Virus record (IMG/VR): IMGVR_UViG_3300045988_133728
Span: 37,250 to 101,249 of that record
Reading direction: 5' to 3' (one strand)
Length of the DNA: 64,000 bases
Source of the DNA: a virus
Shown here: in pieces, positions 1 through 10,742 of the stretch
Layout of the letters: every line of letters begins with the position of its first letter
Numbering within the stretch: position 1 is the first letter of the stretch
Translations under genes and position numbers: made by a program
Notes under the pieces: generated by a model
What the model was told of the DNA's origin: nothing
The model's input: the letters and a program-made list of their open reading frames with translations, nothing else
Databases searched by the model: none

Positions 1-1
1 G

Positions 2-2821
2 GATCTTTCTTCTGATGGTGTTACGAGAGCCATACAAGGAGAGATCAGTTCAGTGTTGGATGATACGGTCATTAACGCGATTGCCGGCACAAAAGAAGGC
101 AAGAGGGTTATGAAGGAAATAGAATCTATAAAACAGAATCATCCTGAACTTTATTCTCCTATTAATGAATGGCATGCTTTGGACCCTTATTACAAATGGA
201 GGTCAGATGGTAAAGCAGGATCAAGGTTGGGAGGTCTTCATTATTCTCCTTATGTCGATTATACTAAGGAGATAAATAAGCTGGTCAGTGATTTTAGGAA
301 AAACAACGAAGGCAAGAAGATTCAGACAACAGAATATGATGTTAAAGGTAATCCTACTGGTGGAATCATAGAAGTCAACGTAGATGAGCTTACTGATTCC
401 CAGATAAGGAATTTTGTGTCTGCTAACTTATCTGAAAACATGAGGAATCAGATGAGAATAGAAGCATCATACATGGCAGCTACCAATCCGGTGTTCAGTA
501 ATCCAGATTTGGTTAGTCAATACATTGGGTCTTATGTCGAAAGATACGATAGGCACATAGGAGCATTGGAAGCAAAAAAGAAATCAGTAGGGGATAATAA
601 GGATATTATTGATCGTATTGACAGTCAGATACAGGAAGCTAAAAATCAGAAAGCAGAAGCCAAGAGGGAGGCAGATATGATAATAGCTTCATCAGATCCG
701 GTAGCGGCTGCTAATTTTGTTGTTACCAATAATCTTTTCGATAAGATGACTGATGCATGGAGATACGACAATACAAGTTTTGAAAGGAAGAAAGATGATC
801 TTTATTTTGCAAGGTTGGCAGAGGATAGGGCTCAGCAAAAGTTTTTGACTGATAATGCTAAGTCTATGGTTGAAATATCGTTGGCAAAAGAGCAACTTGC
901 ACAGGCTAAGATTGAAACCGAATACATGCGTACTTACGGTTCCAAGATGGGCACTGAAAGCTCATCCGGAGGCACAAGAGGAGCAGGCGGTGTAGGAGTG
1001 CCGATGGCTCCTATGGACGGGCCTACGGCTATCAATTCTGGAACGGGTAAGATAGGATCTGTTAATTTGGCTAATATCCCTTATGAACAACTCACATCTT
1101 CTTCCACAGAGCGTAGAGCAAATTTATTGAAATTATATAATTCATTATCTCCTACAGACAGAAGTAATATCGTTGCAGCATCATACGAAGAAGAAAAAAC
1201 TGACCCAGGATTGTATGCTAATATGACTCCTGAAGAACGGATATATTCTTATTTAAAAAATAATGGAGGTCAGAAAAACGGATATTTTGGACAAGGAAAT
1301 AACAGATTGTCTGAAGCTTATGATGCTTTACTTCTTTCTGATTCTAAGGCAAATGGAGCTACAAAGGCTATAAATAACATAACTGATTATCAAATAGATA
1401 ATATAGTTACTAAAAAAAATAAGGATATTATCAGTAAAGTTCGTAATGCTAAGTTTATGAAAGGAAATTCTTTTATAAATCTTACCGATACAGATGATAA
1501 GGCTGGAGCCTTCCTGCTCGCCACAGCCATAACAACTGGTGTATCTGATGCCGTAGGGTTCAGAGAATACATGATGGACCCTTCAAGAGGAATAGATATT
1601 CTTAGTGCTATATCTCCGTCATTAGGGGCTAAGGTGAGTGCCGGCAAGTTGGGGAAAAACATATCTGATGCTATTACAAGCGAGAATAATGGTTCCTCTA
1701 CTGGTACATTAGCTCTTATTAATGGAATGAAGAAACTCAACGGCGATCCTGATTTTAATATATCTGATTATATGACCATAGATAAGGATGGTGATATAGA
1801 TTTAAAAGATTATCAGGAAGGTGAACCATTAACTATTACCCAGCTAAGATATGCTGAGAAAAACAGTAGAGTGTCTGATATGATAGCAGGTCAGATGCAG
1901 GATGAGATAAAAATGTCTGTATCTCCTGATCAGATTTCTGATAAGTTATCTCAGTATCATTACCTTGATTCTTACAAAAGATACAATTGGAATGCCGATT
2001 CACCGGAAAAGTCTTTGCAGAAGGCTCAGTTTAGAAGATTGTCTGGTTACATGGCAGGAAAGGTAAATAATCTGGATCCTACTGCTATTAATGCCATTAA
2101 TATGGATGCCGAGATAGATAATGGCACTGTTAGAAGATTCTTGACTGCTCAAGTAGGTTCCGGTGAAAATTCTTATGTTACAGAAAGGGTTGAGATTACG
2201 AATGACGAGCTTCTTAAGGCGGGTATAGATCCTTCGGTCGAGGAGCGTAATTATCCGGTGGATGGTTACAAATCAAGTTTTGGAACCTGTGATTTTGTAG
2301 ATACCGGAAAGAAGGAAGGTTATTCTTATGATAAGTATCTTATACGTAATGGTCTTCCCCGTTTGGCTTCTAAGGCTGATGTTAAGAATGATCTTTATGA
2401 TATAGTAAAGGTTCATGGTTCTTACCTTAAGCCAGAAGAAATGAATGTTGTTAAAACCCTTGTTGATAATTTTATTGACATGTCTGATAATATATCAGTT
2501 CAGTTGGAGGGAATGGACGATAGGGGTTCAAGAGAGGTAGCGGTCAATTTCTATGACAAAAGGACTAAAAATTCTAAAAATCCTGCATTGTTGTTCTCGG
2601 ATTTTGTTCCTTTGGATCCAGGTAATGATGAGTATGCGGATTACTGGAATAGCATTCACCAGAAGTGTCCTCAGTACTTCTTTGTAAAATATGTGAAGGA
2701 GGCTGTTCAAGAACGTCTTGATCAGATGAGGGATCCGTATATGAGAGGAATAAATATCACGCCCAATATGAATGACAAGTTTAGTAAGTTGAACGATTTT
2801 TTGCAGAAAATTTATGGCTGA
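2..2821 (+). CDS. large virion-associated or structural-like protein, 5'-truncated by the window edge (at least 922 aa)
   Basis: The reading frame is open from nt 2 with no stop before the first Met at 53. The protein has K/E/A-rich coiled-coil-like stretches and a Gly-rich patch (GGTRGAGGVGVP). Its stop overlaps the start of the next giant ORF (ATGGCTGA at 2814-2821). Confidence 0.6.
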   Translation, partial: DLSSDGVTRAIQGEISSVLDDTVINAIAGTKEGKRVMKEIESIKQNHPELYSPINEWHALDPYYKWRSDGKAGSRLGGLHYSPYVDYTKEINKLVSDFRKNNEGKKIQTTEYDVKGNPTGGIIEVNVDELTDSQIRNFVSANLSENMRNQMRIEASYMAATNPVFSNPDLVSQYIGSYVERYDRHIGALEAKKKSVGDNKDIIDRIDSQIQEAKNQKAEAKREADMIIASSDPVAAANFVVTNNLFDKMTDAWRYDNTSFERKKDDLYFARLAEDRAQQKFLTDNAKSMVEISLAKEQLAQAKIETEYMRTYGSKMGTESSSGGTRGAGGVGVPMAPMDGPTAINSGTGKIGSVNLANIPYEQLTSSSTERRANLLKLYNSLSPTDRSNIVAASYEEEKTDPGLYANMTPEERIYSYLKNNGGQKNGYFGQGNNRLSEAYDALLLSDSKANGATKAINNITDYQIDNIVTKKNKDIISKVRNAKFMKGNSFINLTDTDDKAGAFLLATAITTGVSDAVGFREYMMDPSRGIDILSAISPSLGAKVSAGKLGKNISDAITSENNGSSTGTLALINGMKKLNGDPDFNISDYMTIDKDGDIDLKDYQEGEPLTITQLRYAEKNSRVSDMIAGQMQDEIKMSVSPDQISDKLSQYHYLDSYKRYNWNADSPEKSLQKAQFRRLSGYMAGKVNNLDPTAINAINMDAEIDNGTVRRFLTAQVGSGENSYVTERVEITNDELLKAGIDPSVEERNYPVDGYKSSFGTCDFVDTGKKEGYSYDKYLIRNGLPRLASKADVKNDLYDIVKVHGSYLKPEEMNVVKTLVDNFIDMSDNISVQLEGMDDRGSREVAVNFYDKRTKNSKNPALLFSDFVPLDPGNDEYADYWNSIHQKCPQYFFVKYVKEAVQERLDQMRDPYMRGINITPNMNDKFSKLNDFLQKIYG

Positions 2822-5800
2822 CAATAATATAGATAGATATAATCCTGCTGCTAAAACCACTTACGAAGATGTGGCAAGGCAAAGGAAATTAGCCGAAGAA
2901 GAGAATTACACTCCGGCTACATTACCAGAGACGACAACACCTCTGGTTCCTAATTATATGCCTGGTGAAGGTGTGTATGCCCAACCTAAATTTCCGGATT
3001 ACGCATCAAGGATAGCTGCTGCCGAATACGAAGAACCGTATATAGCCAAGGAGATAAGCAACAGCTACTCGGAGGCACTGGCTCGTAACAGCTACAGGGG
3101 GGCTACACCTGCCCCGCCGCCTCTTAATCCCTATGGACCGAAGGTAAGTATCCGTGAAAGTCATCAGATGGGTAATGATGGGGTATGGCGTACAAAATAT
3201 CCCAACTATATTCCGGGTATAAACAATGAGGATTATTATGCCAGAAGACAGAGCGGATGGAGTAAGTTTTGGAATGGTGTAGGCAAATTCGCTTTAAAGT
3301 CCGCATTGTACGGTGCGCAAGGAGTTGTGTCATTGCCTGACAAACTTATCAATATGGCATCTGAGGGAAGTTACAAAGCTGCGTTAAACACTAACATGGA
3401 TAAGTTTGTAGGTGATCTTGACCAGCAAATAGACATGCTTCTTCCCCATTATTACAAGAAAGAGGTAGAAGATTATAATTTTGGTCAGAAGCTTTTTAAG
3501 GATACCGGTAATTTCTTGTGGAATGACGTCCTTGGTAATGGTATGTCTTTTACCGTAGGAGCCATGATATCAGCGTACATGACCGGAGGACTTGGAGTTG
3601 GATCATTGGGTAATATAGGCGCTAAATTAGGTGGAAGAATCGGAGCTAAGTTAGCAGCAAGGCAAGCTGCCAATAGGGGCATAGGAAGCCTTAAAAGCGT
3701 GTTTAACGACTATGTAAGAAAAGGAGTTGCTACCGGAAGAAATGTAGGGGAGGCGGCTAAGACCATGACGTTGTTGGCTACCAGTGCCGGATTCGAGTCA
3801 TCGGTTGAAGCAAATTCTTTTATGAAGCAATCTGAGTCTGATTTCAAGGATTATTATCGTAAGATTTATGGTCGTGATCCCAATGCAGAGGAAATGGCTG
3901 TTTTTCGTAATTCTAATGCTGATGTAGGTAGTGCTATATTTGCCGCCAATATGGGTATCATAGGATTATCTAACTGGCTTCTTTTTGGTAAGTATATAGG
4001 GTTAGGAGGCAAGGCTATACCAGGGTTGGAAAAGAGGCTCAACAAGCATTTATTTGGATTAGGGACGGAAGTTGCTAAGCCGGGAGAGATGGCTATTAAA
4101 ATAACCAATCCCAATATAGGACAGAAGATAGCAGGCAATGTTTTCAATATCATGAAAAGACCGGTATCTGAAGGCTTATGGGAAGAAGGATCTCAAGGTG
4201 CTGTTCAGAATACGGCTGAGGAATATGTTAAGTCAAGATATGATAATGTCGCCATGAACGGAGCCGTTGATGTTCTTGATGCTATTTCTGAAGGATTTAA
4301 AAAGCAATATACGTCTAAAGAAGGATGGACTGAAATAGGAATCGGTGCTATTATCGGTTCTTTGTTTGGTATGAGAGAAGGCTTCTTTGGGGTGAAAGAG
4401 TATAGTAATAGTCAGATCTTGCTGGAAAGGCAAGTGAATGAATATAACAAAGCATCTTCTAATCTTAACACGGCGGCTTTGAATACGTTGAAAAAATCAA
4501 TGAGTTTAGGGCCTCAAGTTCGTTCCGATGCCCAGTCTATGACTGGTAAGGAGCTTGATGATGCTATGTTTGAAAAGATGTCTATTGACAACCAAATGGG
4601 AACCTTAGAGGATTCGGCTGAAAATTTCCGGCAGATGATTGATATGATGCCTATTTCGGAAATAGCCGAAGCTAATGGAATGTCTTTAGAAGAGGCAAAG
4701 AAATACAAGGATTCTATTATTGATAATTATAACAATCGTCTTTCGGATTTCAGATCTGCCCAGAGTTTTGCCGAAGATCTTATAGGTGATGACTCTAAGA
4801 TTGAATTTAGAAAATACGTGGCTCGTAATGCCTTCCTTGGTCTTCAATCAGAATCAAGAATGAAAGACATAGCTTCTGTCATAGAAACGCTTTCAGGACA
4901 GCCTCGCGTGGCAGATGCGCTAAGTACGTTCTCCCGGCTGTCGGACAGAGCAAGGGAGCGGGCGATGGCTATCCGTGGCATACGGTCAAGGATAGAAGAA
5001 CTTGAATCCGAAATAGAAGATCTTGCTACCCGCCCTCGTAACGTAGAAGGGAAAGATCCACAAGCTGAATCCATACAACGAAAAACCAAAGAATTGGAAA
5101 GCCTTAGAACCAATTATAATAATTCGTTGTCTGAGTTATCAACGTTAATAGGAAAAGAGTTTTCGATAGAAGAGCTGGTAAGTAAAACCGAATCTGTTTT
5201 ATCTTCTCCTCTTTCTCCCATAAGTTCACAAGATGTGATAGAAGCCTATGATACGCTTGTGGCTTTTGATGATTATTTTAATGTAAAATCAAGACAGGAA
5301 AAGAAGTTTACAGCCAAAGACAAAGCCATGAGATCCTTGGTAAATGAATACCGAAGGAGTTTGATGGACTATAGGAATATGAATAACTTCTTGTCTAAGA
5401 TGCTTGATAAAAGATTCTTAGCTGAGGAAAATAGGGGATTTTCAAAAGCGCTGTCTTCTCTATGGTCTACTCCTTATAAAGGGGATGACAAGGTTCCTGA
5501 TTTTGCAGAGCCTAATAAAGTTGGTGAATATGACACTGATGAGGTAGTAGATCAAGCTGTGTCAGAAGGTAAGATTTCGGAAGACGAAGCTTGGACTATC
5601 AAGGCTTTTATGCATGCTCTTGATAAAGTAAGGGAAGATAGGATGAAGGAAGCAGAAGATGATATAAAAGAGTCACCGCTTACGGAGTCTGTATCGGATG
5701 AAGATTATGAGGCTGCTATGGATAATCCTATTATGGATAATCCTATTATGGTTCCGGCCGTAAGGCAGTCTATAATTGATAAACTATATACAGGTAATGC

Positions 5801-8800
5801 CGATCTTCTTACTGCGAGAGAAAAAGATGTGTATGATAAATACAAACAAGATTTTGATGATTATGTATCGTCTTTGGGTGACAGTCCTGTTAATCTCATA
5901 AAATCATTATCTGAGAAGGCTGATAGGCTTACAAGTCCGAGATCTGTGTATGAGGATAATAAAGCTATTATTGATATGGCTAAATCCAATTTAGAACCAG
6001 ATCAAAGGAAGGAACTTGATGATGCTATTTCTTCGTATGTTGATATAATGAACAGACGGGATAAAGGGGAGAAGGTTGACGAAGATAAGCTTGCCGATTC
6101 TGTATTTACCATAGAAGATCTTGGCCAGGTTGGAAACATCACAGATCTCCTTCCTTATATCGAACAAAACAGGATTATTGATAAAGGTCGTATTTCCGAA
6201 TCTACGTTAAGTAATTTTGGGGAGGATGATACCAATATAGATTCTCTTGTAAATGAGTTAGATGAATCCGATAATACGCCTGGAGCTAACATAGATAGTG
6301 CCCAAAATCCAGAGACGTTGATGGTTAGAAGAATATCCAACGATGGCAACGAAAGGTATGAAATTGCGGGTCTTAGAGCCGATAAATTTATATCTTCTAT
6401 AAAATCATTGGTTCCTATTCAAATAAGCTCTGAAACGAACGCTAATGGCACTAAAAGGTATTCTCTTAACATAGGTGGAGAAACGGCTACTATAATTGAA
6501 CTGCCTTATCATGCGAGATGGTCTATAGACAAAGAATCGGCTCGTGTTCTTAACCGTTACACAGACGTGTCTATTCAGGACGTGGGTAATTCCTATTCTT
6601 TGGTTTATAAGCGTCTTGATTCAGATGAATTGGTTCCGTACAGAACGGGTGTCGGATTCGGAGAGAATGAGGTAGATAAAATAGATCAGGAAGCATTATC
6701 TTCTTTGAAAAAAGGAGATAAGGTTAATCTCGAAATAGATGTAAATGATACTTATAATCAGTCTCTTTTTGCCGAATACAATGATGCTGTTCAGTCCGGC
6801 GATAAAAAAAGAATAGAATCTGCTGAGAATAAACTGGTGTCCAATATGGTTATCAAGGTCATGAGTGGGAACAGATTCGTTTCTGTTGTAAAAGCTGATA
6901 CAGGAGGCATAGATGGTATAAGTAAAATAAGAAGAACGGCTTTTAACAAGTGGAAGAAGGACGCCGGCCGGTCGGCTACCATCGGCGTCGGCACGCATGT
7001 TGTTGCCCAGACCCTTCCCGGAAGACCGGTGTTTAACATGAAGGTGAACGGTCAAGGATATGGCCAGATAGAAAATCTCCCTATTACCGAAAAAGGTGCT
7101 GAAAAAGTATCTGATGTTGGATATGTATTAAATGGCAAAGTCGTGCTTAAGAACGGATCTAAATACACAGGCTTCCCATTTGCTTATTCTATATTAAATG
7201 ACAAGGGGAATAATTACAAAAATGTAAGAGTTCCGGTAGTCGTCATCAAAGGTAAAAACGGTCTTAATTATCTTTTCCCAGTTAGCCTACGTTCTGTAGA
7301 ATCAGAGGAAGGGCAGAAATGGATGTTTTTTATAGATATGCTGCTTGAATCTGGTGATTCTGAATTGCCACAGATGGGTCAAGATGACATACAAGATCTT
7401 AATGCGTATCTAACCAAGTTAGGTCTTGATCCGGCTTCGTATCAAGTATCGTATTTGAATCCTATTTCAGGGCTTAGAAAAGCTCGTGAGGCTATAGAAA
7501 AATTATCTACGGTTCCTGATGTTGTTAAGTGGGTAGAAGATGAAAGCAGGAATGTGAAAGACATTGTGACGTCTGAAGTAGAATCTGGAATAGATTTCGA
7601 AGGTGAGATGTTTGTCGCTCCTAAGATCAGGATTCAGTTTGGCAAATCATCTTCCAGACCTAAATCGCTTATAGAGGATGATCTTCCTTTCTCTGATGAG
7701 GGTAAGACCGTTACTTCTAAGGTAGAAGATGTGGAAGTTTATGAAGAGGAAATGCCAGAGGAAGGGGCTGCCCGGGAGACTCAGCCGGTGCCATTAGCTC
7801 AGCCGGCTCCTGCGGCACAAGCTACGCAGTCTTTACCTGGCAAGAAGCGTACCTCCAGGAAAAACTTCTCTCTTATGTTAAACGAAATAGAATCTCATAT
7901 AGAAAAAGAAGGATTGCCGTCTTATGCTAATATTTTTGATTTTATAGCAAGGAAGATTGTAGGAGGTGATTTGAGGTTTCTTCGTGAGAGAGGTAATCCT
8001 AAAAGCCTTAAGGAAGAAATGGGATTAGAACCTAAAGGAACAGTAGGTGATAAAATATCCACTCCTTCCAGTAAAGGTGGTAAGACCTTAGAAGAATACG
8101 TTTCTTGGCTTCGTTCTCAAACAGATCAGGTGGTGGTTGATTATGTTGGGCCAAGATTTGATGAACAAATTATATCAGAGTTGAAAAACTTTTTGAAATA
8201 TATTAATTTTGTTCCAAGTAAGGCTTTGAATTATTCTCTTAGAGTCAATGGTATGGATACCCTAAAAGAATATGGCACAAAAGAGGAAGTAGAAAAAATG
8301 GAATCTGACATCAATAGTTTGGTTTCTGAAGTTTTGCCTACGGTAGATAATCAAACTGTAGAAGATGTTTCTACTGCAATAGAATCAAATAACTTGCCTG
8401 CCATATGGGAGCCTATGGAAAGCCTTGATATGACAAACGAGGAAAAAATAGAGTTTTTGAATAACGTAGCAGATTTCCTTAGTGGCATTCCAGAGTATGA
8501 TGCTGTTGTGGAGTCTATAGAGTCAGAATCAGATAATATTTTAAATAATGGAAAAGAAGGAAGTGCAGAAGGCGGTGCAGTACGCACTGAGGAAGATGGC
8601 GATAAAAAGGGAGATGGAGAAGGCAAAGGACAATCCAGAACAAATGTCGAAGTTAAAGGAAATGTCGAATTACCTGGATCTCAAGAAGGAAGAGTAGATA
8701 ACTATAGAAAGAACGGAGATAAGTTCTCTGACATTGCTGAAGTTACTTTATGGCTACTTAGAAGGGCTTCCGGCATAACCTCTATTCCGGAAGGAGAAGA

Positions 8801-9473
8801 GGTTTATGTAGAGGGAGATGAGGTTAATAGCATTATGACCGATATGGAATCAAGGTACGGGATAGACACCATCAACCACTCGCATACGACTAAGGCTATA
8901 AGGGATCTTAACGGCGTGTCGGGTTATAAAGTAGAATACGGCTTAACCTTTTTGACATACGATCCTTTTATTAGAATATCCAATCCAAGGAAAGAATCTA
9001 AGGCTGAGAAAGATGAGCTTCGTATATCCGAAGAGCCGCTTACTCACATATCAAGGGTAACAACCCCTTATTTCCTGTACGGCGGTGATGAAGCATATAC
9101 ATCTGTTCCGGCTAAGGTAGAGCCTATACCGGAGAAGATAATGGGTCGTAATGGTATTAAATTGGGTATGAGTGTAACTGAGCTAACCAAATTAGGGTAC
9201 AAAAAAGCTGGTGGAAACTGGATATATAAATCCTATATGAACTCAGGTGTGTATGATTTGTATAATATCAGTACCGGTGAAGCGTTTAGGGCGAAACCGG
9301 ATCTTGGAGTTAAGATAAGCTCCAGCGCATTCATCCGCTCTTTATCTCAATCTGGTAGAAAAATACAAAATATGATGAGCAACATGAGCCAGGAAGAGAT
9401 AGATAGGAATAAGAATCTTGTAGAAGGTTCTGATAATTCGGATTCGATAAATGAGTTAAATAAAGAGTGTTGA
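2814..9473 (+). CDS. giant protein (2219 aa), possibly a virion internal, ejection or tape-measure-like cargo protein
   Basis: A single uninterrupted 6.66 kb ORF. The N-terminal third has Gly-rich amphipathic/hydrophobic segments (GGLGVGSLGNIGAKLGGRIGAKLAARQAANRGIGSL). It has long coiled-coil regions and acidic low-complexity linkers (EDGDKKGDGEGKG). It is translationally coupled to the upstream and downstream genes. No polymerase motif was recognised. Confidence 0.75.
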   Translation: MADNNIDRYNPAAKTTYEDVARQRKLAEEENYTPATLPETTTPLVPNYMPGEGVYAQPKFPDYASRIAAAEYEEPYIAKEISNSYSEALARNSYRGATPAPPPLNPYGPKVSIRESHQMGNDGVWRTKYPNYIPGINNEDYYARRQSGWSKFWNGVGKFALKSALYGAQGVVSLPDKLINMASEGSYKAALNTNMDKFVGDLDQQIDMLLPHYYKKEVEDYNFGQKLFKDTGNFLWNDVLGNGMSFTVGAMISAYMTGGLGVGSLGNIGAKLGGRIGAKLAARQAANRGIGSLKSVFNDYVRKGVATGRNVGEAAKTMTLLATSAGFESSVEANSFMKQSESDFKDYYRKIYGRDPNAEEMAVFRNSNADVGSAIFAANMGIIGLSNWLLFGKYIGLGGKAIPGLEKRLNKHLFGLGTEVAKPGEMAIKITNPNIGQKIAGNVFNIMKRPVSEGLWEEGSQGAVQNTAEEYVKSRYDNVAMNGAVDVLDAISEGFKKQYTSKEGWTEIGIGAIIGSLFGMREGFFGVKEYSNSQILLERQVNEYNKASSNLNTAALNTLKKSMSLGPQVRSDAQSMTGKELDDAMFEKMSIDNQMGTLEDSAENFRQMIDMMPISEIAEANGMSLEEAKKYKDSIIDNYNNRLSDFRSAQSFAEDLIGDDSKIEFRKYVARNAFLGLQSESRMKDIASVIETLSGQPRVADALSTFSRLSDRARERAMAIRGIRSRIEELESEIEDLATRPRNVEGKDPQAESIQRKTKELESLRTNYNNSLSELSTLIGKEFSIEELVSKTESVLSSPLSPISSQDVIEAYDTLVAFDDYFNVKSRQEKKFTAKDKAMRSLVNEYRRSLMDYRNMNNFLSKMLDKRFLAEENRGFSKALSSLWSTPYKGDDKVPDFAEPNKVGEYDTDEVVDQAVSEGKISEDEAWTIKAFMHALDKVREDRMKEAEDDIKESPLTESVSDEDYEAAMDNPIMDNPIMVPAVRQSIIDKLYTGNADLLTAREKDVYDKYKQDFDDYVSSLGDSPVNLIKSLSEKADRLTSPRSVYEDNKAIIDMAKSNLEPDQRKELDDAISSYVDIMNRRDKGEKVDEDKLADSVFTIEDLGQVGNITDLLPYIEQNRIIDKGRISESTLSNFGEDDTNIDSLVNELDESDNTPGANIDSAQNPETLMVRRISNDGNERYEIAGLRADKFISSIKSLVPIQISSETNANGTKRYSLNIGGETATIIELPYHARWSIDKESARVLNRYTDVSIQDVGNSYSLVYKRLDSDELVPYRTGVGFGENEVDKIDQEALSSLKKGDKVNLEIDVNDTYNQSLFAEYNDAVQSGDKKRIESAENKLVSNMVIKVMSGNRFVSVVKADTGGIDGISKIRRTAFNKWKKDAGRSATIGVGTHVVAQTLPGRPVFNMKVNGQGYGQIENLPITEKGAEKVSDVGYVLNGKVVLKNGSKYTGFPFAYSILNDKGNNYKNVRVPVVVIKGKNGLNYLFPVSLRSVESEEGQKWMFFIDMLLESGDSELPQMGQDDIQDLNAYLTKLGLDPASYQVSYLNPISGLRKAREAIEKLSTVPDVVKWVEDESRNVKDIVTSEVESGIDFEGEMFVAPKIRIQFGKSSSRPKSLIEDDLPFSDEGKTVTSKVEDVEVYEEEMPEEGAARETQPVPLAQPAPAAQATQSLPGKKRTSRKNFSLMLNEIESHIEKEGLPSYANIFDFIARKIVGGDLRFLRERGNPKSLKEEMGLEPKGTVGDKISTPSSKGGKTLEEYVSWLRSQTDQVVVDYVGPRFDEQIISELKNFLKYINFVPSKALNYSLRVNGMDTLKEYGTKEEVEKMESDINSLVSEVLPTVDNQTVEDVSTAIESNNLPAIWEPMESLDMTNEEKIEFLNNVADFLSGIPEYDAVVESIESESDNILNNGKEGSAEGGAVRTEEDGDKKGDGEGKGQSRTNVEVKGNVELPGSQEGRVDNYRKNGDKFSDIAEVTLWLLRRASGITSIPEGEEVYVEGDEVNSIMTDMESRYGIDTINHSHTTKAIRDLNGVSGYKVEYGLTFLTYDPFIRISNPRKESKAEKDELRISEEPLTHISRVTTPYFLYGGDEAYTSVPAKVEPIPEKIMGRNGIKLGMSVTELTKLGYKKAGGNWIYKSYMNSGVYDLYNISTGEAFRAKPDLGVKISSSAFIRSLSQSGRKIQNMMSNMSQEEIDRNKNLVEGSDNSDSINELNKEC

Positions 9474-9488
9474 GTATGAGAAGGAGAT
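9411..9488 (+). repeat. junction repeat J, copy 1 (3' end of the giant ORF plus the 5' end of paralog A)
   Basis: About 78 bp, about 94% identical to 10123-10200. Confidence 0.8.
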
Positions 9489-10054
9489 ATGAAGATGTTT
9501 CAGGTCTTGTTCAGTATCAGTTGAAGACCAATCAGCAGGGGAATATAGAGGTTTATGTTGATGACGGGTTTGTTGGAAACGTAAGTGAAGGAGTCTGTAA
9601 TTGGAAGGATGTTGAATACAAGAGTAAGGTTACTATATCTTTGAAAGGAGTCGAGAATAAGGCTAAAACTTCAAGTAAAAGAGTCGGTCCCTATTGTCAC
9701 ATTTATAGCATATTTGGAGGAAATGAATCTTATCATGAAGGTCCGGATAGTAATATAAAAAAGAGTCCGGTTACCACCTTTATAATGTATTGTTATAAAA
9801 ATGGGGATATTACAACTACCACCACTTATACTAAAAATTTATCTGGAACTCTTCATATAGGTAAAACACAATTGACTATCAATTACAAACAAAGTAAAAG
9901 TCAGTCTTTTTCTGGTGGTGATAAAGATTATGTAACATCCGTATCTGATTTCCCTTTTGTTACTGGTCCAGGAGATAATAGCGTTGAGTTTGAAGGAGAG
10001 GGAAGATTAATAGTTGAAACAAAGGCTTCGCATTATGAAATAGAAGTTTCATAA
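9476..10054 (+). CDS. MRRR[FY]-family small protein, paralog A (about 192 aa)
   Basis: The ATG lies 2 nt after the TGA of the giant ORF, consistent with translational coupling. The 5' end ATGAGAAGGAGATAT is shared with three other genes (10188, 28601, 29223). It has a Thr-run (TTTTTYTKN) and is beta-rich. Confidence 0.6.
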   Translation: MRRRYEDVSGLVQYQLKTNQQGNIEVYVDDGFVGNVSEGVCNWKDVEYKSKVTISLKGVENKAKTSSKRVGPYCHIYSIFGGNESYHEGPDSNIKKSPVTTFIMYCYKNGDITTTTTYTKNLSGTLHIGKTQLTINYKQSKSQSFSGGDKDYVTSVSDFPFVTGPGDNSVEFEGEGRLIVETKASHYEIEVS

Positions 10055-10092
10055 TTTCTATTTTTATAGTATTTTGTCTAAAATATTTATCA

Positions 10093-10121
10093 CTATGGGT
10101 GTCAAATGTCAGATAGAAAAA
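10093..10121 (+). repeat. repeat X, copy 1 (orphan copy of the first 27 nt of the 752-aa gene)
   Basis: CTATGGGTGTCAAATGTCAGATAGAAAAA is identical to 10743-10771 apart from one base before the ATG. It reads as the mini-ORF MGVKCQIEK followed by a stop. Confidence 0.8.
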
Positions 10122-10122
10122 T

Positions 10123-10200
10123 AAGAATCTCGTAGAAGGTTCTGATAATTCGGATTCGATAAATAAGTTAAACAAGGAGTGTTGAGTATGAGAAGGAGAT
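10123..10200 (+). repeat. junction repeat J, copy 2 (orphan copy of the giant-ORF 3' end fused to the start of paralog B)
   Basis: It reproduces the last roughly 20 codons of the 2219-aa ORF, including the stop and MRRR start context, although no giant ORF precedes it. Confidence 0.8.
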
Positions 10201-10718
10201 TTTTTAATGCTGCGGATAATTTCGTGGGAGGATGTTATAATAAGTTATCTAATGAGGATATAAAAAGGCTTGGAGGAAAAAGATCTTATGTATGTCAGTT
10301 TAATAAAATTCATATACATATAGGACCTGTATTAAAAGATAATGATTCCGAAGAAAGTTATATAATGTTTAATAGTGATTGGAATCATGGTGGTTATGAA
10401 TCTATAGTTTATCACCATAGTAATAATGGTATTTTTATATTAGGTGAAAATAAAATTGGTAATAGAGAAGATCATATACAGGATCTAACATATTGGTACG
10501 AATATGATCCAAACATTAATGAAAATTATTGTTATTGTTATTATGAAGCTGATAACAGCGGAAATGCTATTAAGTTGAGCCGTGAGTTTGGTGATGTTTG
10601 CACTGTTTTTAATATTCCCAGTTTGAAAGTTACTACTCTTCGTGATGGCGGTTTAAGTTTTCCAGAGATTTATATAGAAGGAGTTTGGGATCCGTTATTG
10701 TATAAGTCGGTTTTATAA
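10188..10718 (+). CDS. MRRR[FY]-family small protein, paralog B (about 176 aa)
   Basis: It starts with MRRRFF. It is preceded by a roughly 78-bp copy (10123-10200, about 94% identical) of the junction sequence at 9411-9488. The body is not similar to paralog A. Confidence 0.6.
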   Translation: MRRRFFNAADNFVGGCYNKLSNEDIKRLGGKRSYVCQFNKIHIHIGPVLKDNDSEESYIMFNSDWNHGGYESIVYHHSNNGIFILGENKIGNREDHIQDLTYWYEYDPNINENYCYCYYEADNSGNAIKLSREFGDVCTVFNIPSLKVTTLRDGGLSFPEIYIEGVWDPLLYKSVL

Positions 10719-10742
10719 TTAACTTTGCAAAAAAGTTAATCA

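Noticed and set aside
692-9000. Many 60-120-aa ORFs on the minus strand inside the giant + strand genes (for example 692-895, 1390-1740, 3124-3333, 6696-7055, 8351-8626)
   Set aside because: They are embedded antisense in long, clearly coding + strand frames and are spurious.
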